Part shown: positions 1-13,679 of the stretch, piece after piece | Layout of the letters: each line of letters starts with the position of its first letter | How positions within the stretch are numbered: the stretch's first letter is position 1 | DNA from: Monocercomonoides exilis PA203 | Lineage: Eukaryota; Protista; Preaxostyla | Reading direction: 5' to 3' | Assembly (NCBI GenBank): GCA_001643675.2 | Contig: LSRY02000004.1 | Coordinates: 1,984,001-2,048,000 of the forward strand | Length of the DNA: 64,000 bases | Translations under genes and position numbers: made by a program | Notes under the pieces: model-generated | The model's input: the letters and a program-made list of their open reading frames with translations, nothing else | What the model was told of the DNA's origin: nothing | Database searches by the model: none

Positions 1-840
1 GATTTACAAATAATTAACTGATAGGATTTTTCTATAAAAATCACAATTTTCCAAAACAAAAAACATCATAAGAAAAATGATAATATTTTCGTGTGTCATA
101 TTTGGTGAAATATTGGTTTAATTTCACAGTAAAAATCGGGACCCAATATGTTACATCTTTCCATTTTATTTTTTCTGATAATTAAATATTCGCGACTTTT
201 CAAAAAGAATCACCCAAATGAGTTTGTGTTTAGAAATATTTTGAGGAAAAGAACAATAATTATTCCACTTGCAGTTATAGAAAAATCGATCTTGTCTTGC
301 ATTTTTTGCACAATCTATATCACCCTAACTTCATGTTTTCCAGACTCACTTTCAAATGATTAAAAAAATGGGGCAAAATATTTTATCTCAAGCGATTTCA
401 ATGAAAAATTTTGAACTTTTCATTAACTTTTTAAAATCAATTAATGCAATAAAAATGGGTTCATTTTTTGAAAAACTTTTAAAGTCACAAAACATTTTGT
501 TGAAGCATCAATGAAGTTTGTATTCGGATATGATAAATCATTTGATTTTGAAATCTGATAAAGTTTGATAAAGTTATGAGAGAAGCAATTTTTCTATGCC
601 TTGTGCAAAAAATGCTTGAAAGTCCGTATTTTCCCCCATATAAACTGTTAAAATTATAGAAATAAATTAACAAACAAGTCAGGAACAAAGCTTTCTTTAA
701 GAAATATAAATATTTTCAATTCATACAAACATATTCTTTTCATATTTAATAAAGTTCGAAATGACAAAAATTGGAGGCTTTACAACTAACTATTTCATTG
801 TTCACCAAAGATTGGTTTTTTTTCTGTTGAAAATTTGTTT

Positions 841-935
841 CCCTCTCTCTTTCTCTCTTTCTCTTTCTCTTTCTCTTTCTTTTTCTCTTTCTCTTTCTCT
901 TTCTGTTTCTCTTTCTCTCTCTCTCTTTTTTTTTT
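841..935. repeat. Polypyrimidine (CT/CTTT)-rich microsatellite tract
   Basis: Run of tctctttc-type units followed by poly-T in an AT-rich intergenic region. It produces the spurious KEKEKE/LSLSLS ORFs. Confidence 0.9.
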
Positions 936-1172
936 CTGATTATATTTTCTTTTTTTACACTGAATATTCTTATCATTATAAAGTTCAAATTTTAGAAAAA
1001 ATACAAAAATTATCAGAGAAAATTTACTCACTAAACATGTGAAAATCGACCAATAATTCTTTGCCATAAATAATTTTTTGTGTTATAATACAAGTTTGAT
1101 CAACATTTTTTTTTTATTTTTCGTTTTTTTATTTTATACCGCAAATTATCATAAAAGAAGCACAGCAAATTA

Positions 1173-4100
1173 ATGTCAGATTTATTTCCAGACGATGCAA
1201 CTATAGATAAACTACTTTTTACCAAACAAAAAGAAAAACACACTTTGAAAGAAAATTCAAAACAAACTCCTCAGAAAAAGTTTGCGCATGTTTATCACAA
1301 AATTTTATGCTATTAATTTAAAAAAAAATAATTACTGCTTTAAACGAAATCCAATTAATTTTTATTTAGAAGTTCCAAAATGACAGAAAATATATCTGAA
1401 AGCGAAGCTATTGAACGCCATAATGAGAAAGAAACATTTCCTCAAAAAGATAAAAAAGAAATAGAATCACTTGAAAAGGCTTTAAAAGAAAAAGAAGAAC
1501 AAATAAATGCAATCAACATGGAATATGAAACTTTGAAACAAACAAATCAACGACTTCGAAGCATTTTACTAAAATCTCAAAAGTCTCACAACGAAACAAA
1601 AACTGAACTAGAAGATAAAGAAATTCAATCGGAACAACTGAAGAAAGATGTTTCAGCATTACAATCAGAAAAAGACGAAATGTCAGTTGAACTTGAAAAA
1701 ATGAAAACTCAATTAAAAGCCTATTCAGATGAAGAAAATGCTATTAGAAGCAAGATGAACGAGCCACTCTTGATGATTCGAGATGAATGGCTCCGGACGG
1801 CAAATGAAATTCATGTTCTTTTTCGTTGTTCTTTACCGGAACAAATTACGATTGCCATGACAATGCCAGAATCAAATGCACAAACACCGATAAAGCACGT
1901 GATTTGGGATTACATCCAAGTTGTGCGTTGTAATAGCTATTCGTCAATTTCTCAGAAAACTGATGAAGAGAAATCTTTTCGCGAGAGAATACAATATATT
2001 TGGGCGCCAGAAGAGTTTGTGCTATTGCGAATGTACCAGATTGAGGAAGAAAAGAAAAAAGAAGAAATGGCACTGAAGAATAGAGAAACTGTTAAAGCGG
2101 AGAAAGATTTAATTTATCGAAATCCGAAAGAATTGAATGAGAAAGATGGAGCAAGTGAAACAGAAAATCGCGAGAAGCCACAAGCGCCATCTGTGCTTCT
2201 GAAAGGAGAGAAAGAGTCTAAAAGTGAATCAAGCACACAGGAGAACGTCTATGCAATCGGTGAAGACACTGACATCACACAACATAGTGCCGCAACGAAT
2301 GAAAGCGAGAATAAGACGAGAAAGCAGAAACAGAATAAAAATAAGAAAATATCAGAATTAAGTTTGGGAAGACGGAAGAAGATAAAAGCAAGTAAAAATA
2401 GGAAAGAAATTACTGAAGAGGAAAGGAATCAAAAAGAAGTGAACAAAACTGATATTGAGACAACCGAAAGCCAAAATAAAGAAGCAAAACAATCTGCATC
2501 ATTCAATGATAAGTTAGAGGAAGAAGACACAAGAGAGGAGAAGGAAGTTGAGGAAGAGGATGAGATGAAGGATGAGAATGAAGAAGAAGAAGAAGAAGAA
2601 GAAGATGATGATGACAACGATGACGACGAAGAGGAAGAAGAAGAGGAAGAAGAAGAGGAAACATCTCAAACAATAAATAGGAAGTTATCATTGAGCTCAT
2701 CTGAAATAGGAGAAGTGGAGCGCCGGCGGAGATCAGAGACAGTTTTTGTTGACGAATACATATTTGGACAACCGTCTAAGTCGACATCGTTGATTTTGTC
2801 ATCAACGCAGCCAGCTTTCATTCCAATGGACAGAATCCCCAGCACGCCACACCCTCTTTCTCGATCATCACAGTCAGCAACATCCCTTCCAGTCTTTGCT
2901 TCAGCTTTCGACTCATCCACATCTGCCCTTCTTTCACAAACCACCCCGTCTCCTTCGCCATCTCCCCCAGCCACAGGCAACGTGCTATCGCTGTCTTCTT
3001 CTTCGTCTGCTCTGAACTCACAGCGGCAGAACCTTTCGATCATTCCGCACTCGACTCTGCTTTCGTACATCTCCAGCTTCCCTCCCACGATCCAGTCGTT
3101 TTATGCCACCCAGCTTGCTGCACAGACAGCACAGCAGACGCGCACCGTTGAGAGAGAATGCGCCAAAATTGCAGCAAAACTGGCAGAAAAGGAAGGAGAG
3201 CTGCGGACTGTCCAGGACGACTTTGACAAATACAAGCTCAGAGCTACACAGGCACTCCGTCACGTGATGAAATCTGTGTCTTCTTCATCTTTTTCATCGT
3301 CATCTTCTCCTTCACAGACTTCTTCTGAGTCAATTTCTCCGGTTCTGTCTCCATCGCAAGATGGACTTTCCTTATCGCCTTCAATTGCAAAACAGATTTC
3401 ATCTGACTCTTCTGCAAATATTCAAAATTCCAATGGAAGCGAAGAGCATTTTTCTTCTTCATCGTCATCTTTATCATCATCACGGCCAATTATCACACCC
3501 TCAGAAGCGCTGGAGTATATTCTATCAGACGAGAATGTGAGTCTGGCGCAGCTTCAGAGAGAAAAGCGAATTCTGATTGAGAAGCTGAACGAGAGCGAAA
3601 GTGCGCACCAGGCAGAGATCAGCAGGATCAGCAAGGAGCTCACAGCATCGAAGGCAGAGTCGCAGAAGATGAGGGACGTTGCAGACGCTGCGGCTGAAGA
3701 GATTCAGCGGCTGGCGCTTTTGGAGAGCGAGGCGAAGGACGACATCGATGCGCTGAAGATGGCGCTGAGAGAGAGCGAGATGCAGCTGTCGGCAGAAATA
3801 GCTGCGAAAAAAGTGGCGAATGCGAAGTGCGAAGAAGAAATCAACAAGTTAAGAGAGAAGTTTCTGGCTCTTTTGACGGAGCGAGACACGAAAATCGACC
3901 AGATGAAGCAGCGGATGATGGCTGTGGACGACAAAAGGAGCATTTTCAGTCAGCATTCACCGCTTTCTGCGCAGCAGTTGTCATCGAGTGCTCACCCAAG
4001 GTCTTCACATTCATCTGCAACTGAAGCAGGGATGGATGATGATGCTTCTTCTATTTCATCTTCATCACCTTCATTTTCTTCTTCTCCAAGCGCAACTTCT

Positions 4101-4915
4101 TTTACTCATTTAGCTTCATCATCATCATCTTCTTCTTCTTTGTCTTCGCCTTCCATTTCTTCAGTCTCTTCTCTTTCTTCTTCGTTCCCAAGCATTTCAC
4201 TCTCGTCACTCGTTTCATCGACACAGCCACATTCAAATCTTCCATCAGCTCAATCACCGTCATTGTCATCATCATCATCGTCTTCATCGTCTTCTTATTT
4301 TGAGTCAGAAGAGTTTAAGAAGCTGCAAATGGATTATCCAAAGGCGTATAAGGCTGTCATGGATCTCACAAGGAGACTCGTCAAAGCAGAAGCGGAAGTC
4401 AGAGAGTTGAAGAGAGCAACAACAAGAGAAAACGTGGATTTGACGTATTTGAAGAACATCTTGCTGAAATTCTTGGAGGATGAGGAGCTGGAGGTGTGCT
4501 TTAATGAGTTGATTAATCATTGGAATTTTAAATACTTAAAAATTATAATTTTATTTTTTTTATAATTTTAAATCATTTAAAATTAAATTATTTAATTTTC
4601 TTAATTGTAAATGCATGACTTTCTTAATGTTTGATGCTCTATTATAATAATGTTTAATTTGAATAGGCTGAAATGTTTCATGTAATATCATCACTGCTGC
4701 ACTTTTCACCTGAAGAGATATTAACAATTGTTGAAAAGAAGAAAAAGAAATGGAGGCGCTCAATATATGTTCCGCAGTCTCCAACTTATTTACCGCCAAG
4801 TCCTCTTCTCCCAACTCAACCAGATGAAAAACCAGGAACAAATCCAAAAGCGAACAATAAACGTATTAAACCTGGATCAAAAATTGAAAAATCATCACAA
4901 AAATCAAAAACTTGA
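1173..4915 (+). CDS. GRIP-domain coiled-coil golgin (GCC185/GCC88-like), 3 exons
   Basis: Exon 1 1173-1279 (MSDLFPDD...), GT-AG intron 1280-1369 in phase, exon 2 to 4493, intron 4494-4666, last exon to TGA 4915. The spliced C-terminus ENVDLTYLKNILLKFLEDEELE/AEMFHVISSLLHFSPEE is a GRIP domain. Long coiled coils and a DFDKYKLRA motif resemble GCC185. Confidence 0.85.
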
Positions 4916-5044
4916 AATAGCATATTTTTATTATTGCCCTGCTGTTTATTATTATATATTAGTTTAATGTTTTTATGATTTTTAACAATTTGAGAGAATT
5001 TTGTTGAAACGATTTTCGGACCCATTGATTTTGATCTTTGTTGT

Positions 5045-8000
5045 ATGATCAAGGCCCTTCCGGTTCGAGAAACAATGGTTAAAGCTTATGCAATTTTTTT
5101 CAGATTATATTTTTGTATTTGCATTTGTTTATAGTCGACAACATCCAATCAAAAATCATTTGAAGATCCTGCATCATATCGAAAAAGAACACAACAAAGA
5201 GTGTTGGAATACAAAGCAAAGCAAAAAGTATTCACGCTATTTTTAAAATATATTAATGTATTCGTTAACTTGTATACATTATAATAGTTGGAAGCGGAAA
5301 TTGCTGCACGAAAAGCTATGCAAAATCCTCCAAAAACTGTACTTGTTTGTTCTTTATTATTTGGACAAAACTTTTGTTTTTCATAATGCAACTTAACTGC
5401 ATATATTTTAACATTTGTAGCTGTCTAACTTGCATTCCACCCTTCATCAGTCTCGAGACGATGAGATTGAAAAACAGATACGTCGGATTCAAAGTGGAAG
5501 GGGTATTGTAACAACAAAATGTCTGAAATTTTTTTTTCGAAGTTGACATATTTTGTTACCATTTAATGAATGCTATAATTAATCAGCTCCAAAACCAACA
5601 GCAACAAGACCAGCTCCACTTACTCCAGAACAACAGCAAAAAGCATTGATTGAACAAAAAAAGTGTGAATTCGCAAATAGACTACATTTCAATTGACACA
5701 TTGTTGATATGTTTTATTTTCATACCTTCAAATAGAGCAAAAATAAGACTTAGAGAAGCGCAAGAGAAACAAATCGAATTAACCAAAACAAAAGAACAAG
5801 AAGAGGCTAATAAAATACTAAAGAAAGAGAAACTTGTATATGAATCTCTTTCCACTGCGATCGTGATGGGACATGTTGAATCGTGTGCACATTCTTAAAA
5901 AAAAATTAATGAAATTTAAAACTTATCTTTATGCATACAAAACTATATTTTCTAAAACATTTTATGAAATAACTTCAATTTTTGCTTGATCATTTATCTT
6001 TTTGCAAATAATAGATCACCATCTCCTGTGATGCCAACAGTTACGCACGCCCCTCCTCTTGCTGCAACAGAAAAAGCTGTCAGCAGTTCATACACAACAT
6101 CACCCTATACAACACACCCACAGACGCCAACTGGCTCAGCCTCAGCCTCAGCCTCAAGCGGGTCTCCATTTGCCGGCACATCTACTTCTTCTCCTCAATC
6201 ACCTCCGATGGAAGGCATGTCTGCCTCGTCATCTCCTCAGCAGCAGACGCCTGGCCAATACGGAATGACCACCTCCTCTTCGTCTTCAACCTCCTCTCGA
6301 AGGACTCGCGGCACCCCTTCAATATTCAAGTCTCCTGTCCGCAGCCGCTTTGACCCGCTCCCACAGCTGCCACACATCGGCTGCAGTGTTGATGCAAGCG
6401 CCATGAACGAGGCGAAGATCGGTGTAGGCAACGGCGCTGCTGTCCCACTCCCGAACAGCACAGCCGATTTTGGTATGGGCGACGGGCGAGCTGTGTCACC
6501 AAGCTCGAATGCGCTCCCTCTTTCTCCTGTTTCTGTCTCTGGTGCACGCCCTGTGTCGCCGTCGCAGATTTCTTACTCGCGTGCTTCGTCTGTTGCATCA
6601 CCAGCAATCCGCACGATTACTCTATCGAGTGCAATTGTTGGGCAGGACACACCCTCCAGAATTGGAAGAGGGAAAGGCGTTGGATTTAACGAGAGGAAGA
6701 CAGAGAAGGACAGGCTGAAAGAGGCATCTGAAGAAGCAAAGGAGAAGATTCTATCTGGAAAGAAGACAACAACACGAATGAGGGATGTGATTGGACTGCC
6801 AATGAAGTGGGGCGAAGACGACGACGATGTCACAATCATCAAACCTGCCCAGAAGGGACGCGCAGGAAGCAGAATGGGGTCGCCGAGCCACAGCACCGTT
6901 CTTCTGACACCATCTGGGAATGCCCCTCAGTCGCCGACTGGCAGAATGAGCACTGTAACACCAGCGACTGCTGGCTCTGTTGCAGTCTCGATGAATGGGA
7001 GCTTTGGGGGAGAGAACGGAATGGATGCGAAGACAGAGGCAGAGGAAGAGGACAACAAGCCGACACTTCACACACTTGCACTTATCAGAGCATCGGTGCT
7101 GAAAGCAGAGGAGATGAAGAGACAGTCAGATGCAGAGAAAGGAAACAGACGCGGGGCGAATGGAGACACAGCACGAGGAGGCAACAACGAGAAGGAGATG
7201 GAGGAGTATGCTAACAGCGCATCTACCTCAGAGGAAAGCAACATAAGCAAGCTCAAGTCATCATCGTCTTCCTCTGGATCAGGATCAACCGAGCAGCCGA
7301 ACTCACCAGGGCGCCAGCCACCGTCGAAGCAGGCGTTCTTTGTTTCGCCTCTTTTGGAAGACAATCCATTTGTGATGATCGATGCAGAGTCTGGCGATGT
7401 CACTGTGTATTCGCACATCGCATTCAAATATGCACACACCACGTCATCCATGCAGCTGCCCTTGCATCTCCGCAGGCAGGTCGAGGAAGACGAACAAGGA
7501 AGAGCAAAAGAAGAAGGCTATGCGCCATCTTCTCCGATGATTGCACAGCGTGGTACTACCAGTCTGATTGACATGGAGTCGCCCACAAAGCAGCCCCGTG
7601 CGCGCTCTCCCTGTTCGCGTGGGACAGGTGCTGCTGCTTCTCTTCTGCAGCCGACACTGCCGTTCAACCCAGCCACACAGCTGTCGCTGCTCGGAGTGAA
7701 TGACAAGGACGAGGCAGTGCGTGCGTATCAGTCGGCTGTTGACGAGCGGGCGAGGATGACAACACAAGTCATTGAGGAGAGAAAGAGAGAGGAAGAGAAG
7801 AAGAAGATGCGGATGCAGGAAGCCAGGCAGAAGGCGAATGAATACGATCTGAAGAAGATGGAGCGGTTTATCCAACGAAAAGAAAGGGAAGAGCAAGAAA
7901 GGATGGCAGAGACGCAGCAGAGCCAGGAGAACGATGAAGGAATGGGTCAGTCAGACGATGAATACGACGAAGACTACGTTGAAACGGTGGATGAGCGTGT

Positions 8001-9564
8001 TCAGCGTGTGCTGTATCAGAAGCGGCTGAGAGAGAGGGAGAAGATGGAGAGGCTGAGGAACTGGAGGCAGAATCCAGAGAAAGTCCCAATCACATCGAAG
8101 AGGAGGGCAAAGGAGGAGAAGCAGGAAGAAGTGAATGAAGCAGAACAGCAAGTGGATGAGGTACAGAAGACAGAGGAAGGAGAACAAGAGAAAGCAGAAG
8201 AGACACAGAAGGAAGAAGTAGAAGGAGAGAAAGAGGAAGAGAATGAAGGTGAAGAACAGAAACCAGAAGAATTGCAAGAAGAGAAAGCAGAGGAGAAAGC
8301 AGAAGACGAAGTTTCTGAACAGAAAGGAGAAGAAGAAGCTGAAAAGAAAGAAGAAGAAGCAGAAGAGGAACAGAAAACAGAGAATGCTTCTGATGAAGAA
8401 AAGGAGGGCGCGAAAGAAGAAACCAAAGAAGAGGCTGAAGAAGAAGAAAAGGAAGAAAAGTCTGAAGCAGAAAAATCTGAAGAAGAAAAGACTGAAGATG
8501 AAGAAAAGGAAGAAGAAAAATCTGAAGCAGAAAAAGAAGAAGAAAAAGAAGAAGAAAAAGAAGAAGAAAAAGAAGAAGAAGAAAAGTCAGAAGAAGAAAA
8601 GACTGAAGAAGAAAAGTCAGAAGAAGAAAAGTCAGAAGAAGAAAAGTCAGAAGAAGAAAAGTCAGAAGAAGAAAAGTCAGAAGAAGAAAAGTCAGAAGAA
8701 GAAAAGTCAGAAGAAGAAAAAGAAGAAGAAAAGGAAGAAAAGTCAGAAGAAGAAAAGACTGAAGCAGAAAAAGAAGAAAAGTCCGAAGCAGAAAAAGAAG
8801 AAGAAAAATCTGAAGAAGAAGAGAAGTCAGAAGAAGAAAAATCTGAAGAAGAAAAGACTGAAGAAGAAAAGTCCGAAGAAGAAAAGTCTGAAGAAGAAAA
8901 AGAAGAAGAAAAGTCTGAAGCAGAAAAATCTGAAGAAGAAAAGACTGAAGATGAAGAAAAGGAAGAAGAAAAATCTGAAGAAGAAAAAGAAGAAGAAAAA
9001 GAAGAAGAAAAAGAAGAAGAAAAAGAAGAAGAAAAGACTGAAGAAGAAAAAGAAGAAGAAGAAAAGTCAGAAGAAGAAAAGACTGAAGAAGAAAAGTCAG
9101 AAGAAGAAAAATCTGAAGAAGAAGAAAAGGAAGAAAAGTCTGAAGCAGAAAAATCTGAAGAAGAAAAGACTGAAGATGAAGAAAAGGAAGAAGAAAAATC
9201 TGAAGAAGAAAAAGAAGAAGAAAAGTCTGAAGCAGAAAAAGAAGAAGAAGCATCAGACGAAGAACAGAATGAGGAGAAGGCTGAAGAGAAAGAGGAACAA
9301 AAAGAAAGTGAGGAGCCAAAAGACGAAAGTGAAGAAGAAGAAAAAACAGAAGAAAAAGAAAAAGAAGAGGATCAAACAGAGGAAGCAGAGTCAGAAGAGA
9401 AAGAAGCAACGAAAGAAACAGAAGAAGACACCTCATCTCAAAATGAGCAGAAGGAAGAGGAGAAGGAAGAGGAAGCAACAGCTGAAAGCTCAGAGGCAGC
9501 TGAGCAGAAAGAGGAAGAGGAGAAATCAGAAGAAGCGAAGGAGGCAGATGCTTCATCTTCATAG
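5045..9564 (+). CDS. Uncharacterised multi-exon protein with Ser/Pro-rich middle, coiled coil and a long Glu/Lys tandem-repeat tail
   Basis: Several short 5' exons joined by GT-AG introns (e.g. 5078-5134, then STTSNQKSFEDPASYRKRTQQRVLEYKAKQK; LEAEIAARKAMQNPPKT) lead into the 1192-codon ORF ending TAG at 9564. The start could be ATG 5045 or ATG 5075. Confidence 0.7.
8440..9250 (+). repeat. Coding minisatellite, ~15-bp units GAAGAAGAAAAG(TCA/TCT/ACT) encoding EEEKS/EEEKT, with higher-order blocks
   Basis: Directly visible. The block KSEAEKSEEEKTEDEEKEEEKSE recurs at ~8455, ~8908 and ~9133. Confidence 0.95.
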
Positions 9565-10148
9565 ACTTGATTAGCACCTATCTCTCTTAAACACTCTGTC
9601 ACACTTTTTTCAAATAAAGCAAATGCTTTCTTTCTTCTTTGAATTTTAAATCTTCTTCTTTTATTTGTTATTGAAATATATGAATTTCCTATCTTTCATC
9701 ATCCGTTTATTGTTGTTTACTTGTCTCCTTTACTCACTTTACAACCGTTTTTTTATTTATTAACCATCACATTTAGCACACAAATGACTACACTTCTTTT
9801 AAGCTTGAAACAGCATGATCTTACTGACATTGACAAATACTGAGATATTTATTGTTTTCTTTTAAAAAGTCATTTTGGAAAAGTTGAAGACAAATGGAAG
9901 AAAAATAGGTGAAGCGATGATTGATAAAAAAACTGCGAGTTCAGAGCAAAAAGAAGGAACAAGAAAAGAGACAGTGATTAATACAAAAAAAATGTACTCA
10001 CAACATAAAAAAAACAAACAAACAAAGGAATTCAAATAATTGAAATGCAATGTGCGTGATTATAAACACCTTCATCTCCCAACAAAAAGAGCGCCATCCA
10101 TCTTCCTCACTCATCATTCGCATGCTGCTCCTCTGCCGCTTCTTCCCA

Positions 10149-12841
10149 TCAGGTTGATTTCTGCTCTTCCAGCTTTTCCTCGTGCTTTGTCAGTTTATCA
10201 TCTAGCTTATCTTCCAACCCAATTGATGTCTTCTCATCAACTTTTCTTACAACTTTCCTCAAGAAACTCGGAGTCTTATCGTCTTCTTCGCCTCCTTCTG
10301 GTTCTTCCTGTGGCTGCTCTGGCTGCTGCTCTTCCTGTGCTTCCTGTGCTTCTGGCTCTTCCTGCGTCTCTTGCGGAGGTTCCTCTTTCTCTTCTGTCTC
10401 CTGCGGCTCTTCCTCTTTTCCTTCCACTTCCAATCCCAACATCTCATAGAACTCCTTCTCAATGTCATCCAGCTCTTTCTCATCCACATTCTCTGGCTCT
10501 GGTTCTTCGCTCACTTCTCTCTTCTTCTGCTTAGCCGATGCAGGTGTGGCTGGAGGTCCCCCAATTGCAGCGACTGTCTGTGCTCCCATCAATCCAAGGC
10601 CAGCGCCTTCTCCCTCGGCAGCTGCACCGCCCATCCCTCCTCCTCCGCTCGAAGGTGTCAGAGGTGTCATTACTCTTCCACCGCTCGCACTGTCTGTTCT
10701 TCCTCCTCCGCTTTGCCTCTCCTTCAGCCTCTGCTCTTTGATGCGTGCATCCACATTCTTTTCTCTCTTGGCTTCTCTCTCCAGAACAGCCAGCAGATCA
10801 GACTTCTCCGTTGGCTGAAGTGTGCACAGCGAGTCTGACAGCTCGTGGATGTAGACTGTTCCGTCTGTTGCTCCTGTGGCCATGATCTTTCCGGTTGGAT
10901 GCAGCTCCAAGCACGCCAGGCCAATATCTGCAGATTCTGTCACCTGCAGCGACAGGATCTTTCCTTGGGTCATCATGTCCCACACATCCACCATACCGTT
11001 GTTCTTAGCTGTGTAGAACTGAGACGGCTTTGCAGGCGACCAGCAGCCAGCAGACATGTAAGTGCTGTCGAATGGGGTGGAGAGGATGGGCACTCTCAGA
11101 TCATCCATCCACAGCTTCGCTGTCCAGTCACCCACAGACAGGAAGAAGCGGGAATGCACTGGATTCCGCTGCACGGCATACACTGGGCCGATGTGGCCGA
11201 CGAAAGGCGTGCTCACTTTCTCTGCGGGCGTCTTGGACTTCTTGTTGCAGGAAAGAACAATACCTTCCTCAGTTCCCACCATAAATTTAGAGGGCTATTA
11301 AACATAAAGCAATATGAATGAAAGAAAATACAACACAAAGATTTAAATGATTCAAAATAATTCAAAATTGACAATATAAATAATCTCATTTAATAAAAAT
11401 TATATTTGCCATCATAATTTTTCTTTTGAAAATATTCATCACTTTCATGCATCAATTAAACTCAATCGCCTCATCACAAACCCCTAATGCAGGATCGTAA
11501 TCCATTGCTGTTCCTCCCATCTTGGCCAAGTTATTTCCTTTGTTCAAGATCTCCATTTCCTCGAGAGGCTCGCTGATCTTACGGATATCCCACCACTTGA
11601 CTGTGCCATCGCTCGAAATAGAAGCACACTCAGCTCCTGTTTTTGACTGGAGCCACTGCACCTTGTAAACAGGATCCTTGTGTGCCTTTTCGATCAACGA
11701 GGAATCGTAGGGGCTGTTTCCTTTACGAAGATCCCACAAAGCTGAATAAAATCAAAGAAAATTTTGTTTAAAGAGAAAATTTTTAATTTGAATAAAAACA
11801 AAATTCAGGATAAAATTGAAACTTTAATCAATAACAATCATTTCCCATACAAATTAACCCATTGTAGCAACCACCGACAAGGGTGTGAGAGTCTTTCAAG
11901 TTATATTCCAGGCAGCACAGAGAAGACAATGGAGTTAAATCAAACTAAATTTTGTAATAAATAATTATTTAGCGAATAATAGAGAAAATTATCATAATAA
12001 AAAGCAAATTTTCTTTATTTATTTCGAAAAAAAATATTTTACAAACCACTGGATAGTTAGGATTGTTAATATCCCAAACATGGCTGACCATTGGCATGTC
12101 AATTGATGTTTTTTGAAACTTTAAAACAGAATATGCAACAGCAATCTTGCTGCGCTCATCTGGATGGAATGATACGCAACGTGCCCATCTATTTGATGAT
12201 GCATAAGGATCTCTCAAAACAGCAGTTATAATCGCGCTTGCGGGATCAGTTGAAGTATCTTCAAGATAATCATCAAAGTATTTTTGATAAATATCGAGCG
12301 AAAGGTTTTGATTCAAAATTGTTGTTGTATCCTTCGTTCGCCCAAGAAGTTGAAGCAAAAAGTTTTCATCTCTCTCGACCTTTTTTGTTAAAATTTTCAA
12401 ATAGCAAAATTTGAAATAAATGAAAGCTAAAAGGCTTCATGCTTCAAAAATTTACCACACTTTTTTCCGAAACATATTTAAATGATCAGGTTCGGTTGGG
12501 TCGATATCCTTTGGCCAGCCACCCTCCAAATGAAGCATTCCTCTTGATGCAGATTCAATTCTCTCAGGATTGACTTCATGCTCGCTCATCTCATGCACAT
12601 TTTGTACTCCCTCAGAAACAATAGTGGTTTGAATATATTTTTGCTGGCGAGCTGGATTTGGCTTTCCCTCAAATAAAAGATCAGGGCCGCAAAAAGTAAA
12701 TGCACAATGACGGCCTGAAAGAAGATTTGACAAAGAAACATTAAATACATAACAACAACATGAAAATTAAAAATGGAAACAATTAATTTGTTTCAAACCG
12801 AATTCCTTTCTTCTACGGGCAAATGGATAAATAATTTCCAT
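10149..12841 (-). CDS. DNAI2: Outer-arm axonemal dynein intermediate chain 2 (IC69/ODA6 type, WD40)
   Basis: Spliced N-terminus MEIIYPFARRRKEFGRHC..., then MSEHEVNPERIESASRGMLHLEGGWPKDIDP...FRKKVERDENF; LVGGCYNGLISLWDLRKG; MVGTEEG; GHIGPVYAVQRNP...FLSVGDWTAKLW; LEREAKREKNVDAR. All match the DNAI2 family. Several GT-AG introns are in phase. Confidence 0.93.
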
Positions 12842-13005
12842 CAAACCGATTTAACTATTGTATATGGGAAATATGATCGATAATCTTCAAAAATAGTTAT
12901 CATTACAAAATTTTCATAAGTCGACTGCAGTGAACATTACTATATTGTTTATTCAACTTGTTCATTTTTCATTTTTATAATGAATGGTATGATCAAAAAT
13001 ATCTG
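12842..13005. promoter_or_regulatory. Putative bidirectional promoter DNAI2/RPS17
   Basis: Divergent start codons ~165 bp apart; contains TGATCG (12874) and TGATCA (12990). Confidence 0.6.
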
Positions 13006-13679
13006 ATGGTATGAATTTGTTTTGTAGCGTGCTAATTCGATATTTAAAATGCAAATTGCTAAATTTATTTCTAAATTAATTATTTGCAATAGGGTCGTGT
13101 TCGTAATAAGGCTGTCAAGAAAGCTGCTCGCGTCATAATTGAAAAATATTATCCTCGTCTTACAAACGATTTCCAGGTCAACAAGCGCGTTTGTGAACAA
13201 GTTGCTATCATTTCATCTAAACGTCTTCGCAACAAAATCGCTGGATTTTTGACTCATCTTATGACAAGAATTGAGAAAGTTTGTCGCATTTTCTGATATT
13301 AGATGCTTTAATGTAATTTTTGTTTTTGATAAAATTAATTAATTTAAAACGAAATGCATTCGCTTATTATTTGTATTATTTACAATAATAGGGTCCAGTG
13401 CACGGAATTTCTCTGAAAATGCAAGAAGAAGAACGTGAAAAACGCGACAACTATTGCCCAGAAGTGTCTGAGGTTAAGACCGAAGGCATTGAAGTTGACA
13501 AGACAACCATGAACATGTTGCACCAAATTGGAATGGGACGCATTCCAGGCGTTGTTCGCTCTTTGCCTGTAACTGATTTAAGACGCAAGAAGGGAGCTGC
13601 TCCTCAACGTGGTGCTCCTCAAAAAAACGCCTCACAGAAATCAGCAAAGCCTGCACAAAATAAACCAGCACGCAAGTAA
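13006..13679 (+). CDS. RPS17: 40S ribosomal protein eS17, 3 exons
   Basis: ATG-only first exon, intron to AG 13092, then [62 protein letters not shown], intron, then [26 protein letters not shown] to TAA 13679. An alternative ATG/donor lies at 12984. Confidence 0.97.

Noticed and set aside
1-760. Possible gene remnants at the window start
   Set aside because: Only short AT-rich ORFs; I could not build a coherent spliced model or recognise a motif.
8090-9577. Long overlapping ORFs (443-aa poly-Lys on +, 495-aa poly-Leu/Phe on -)
   Set aside because: Stop-free shadows of the GAA-rich coding repeat; no independent coding signal.
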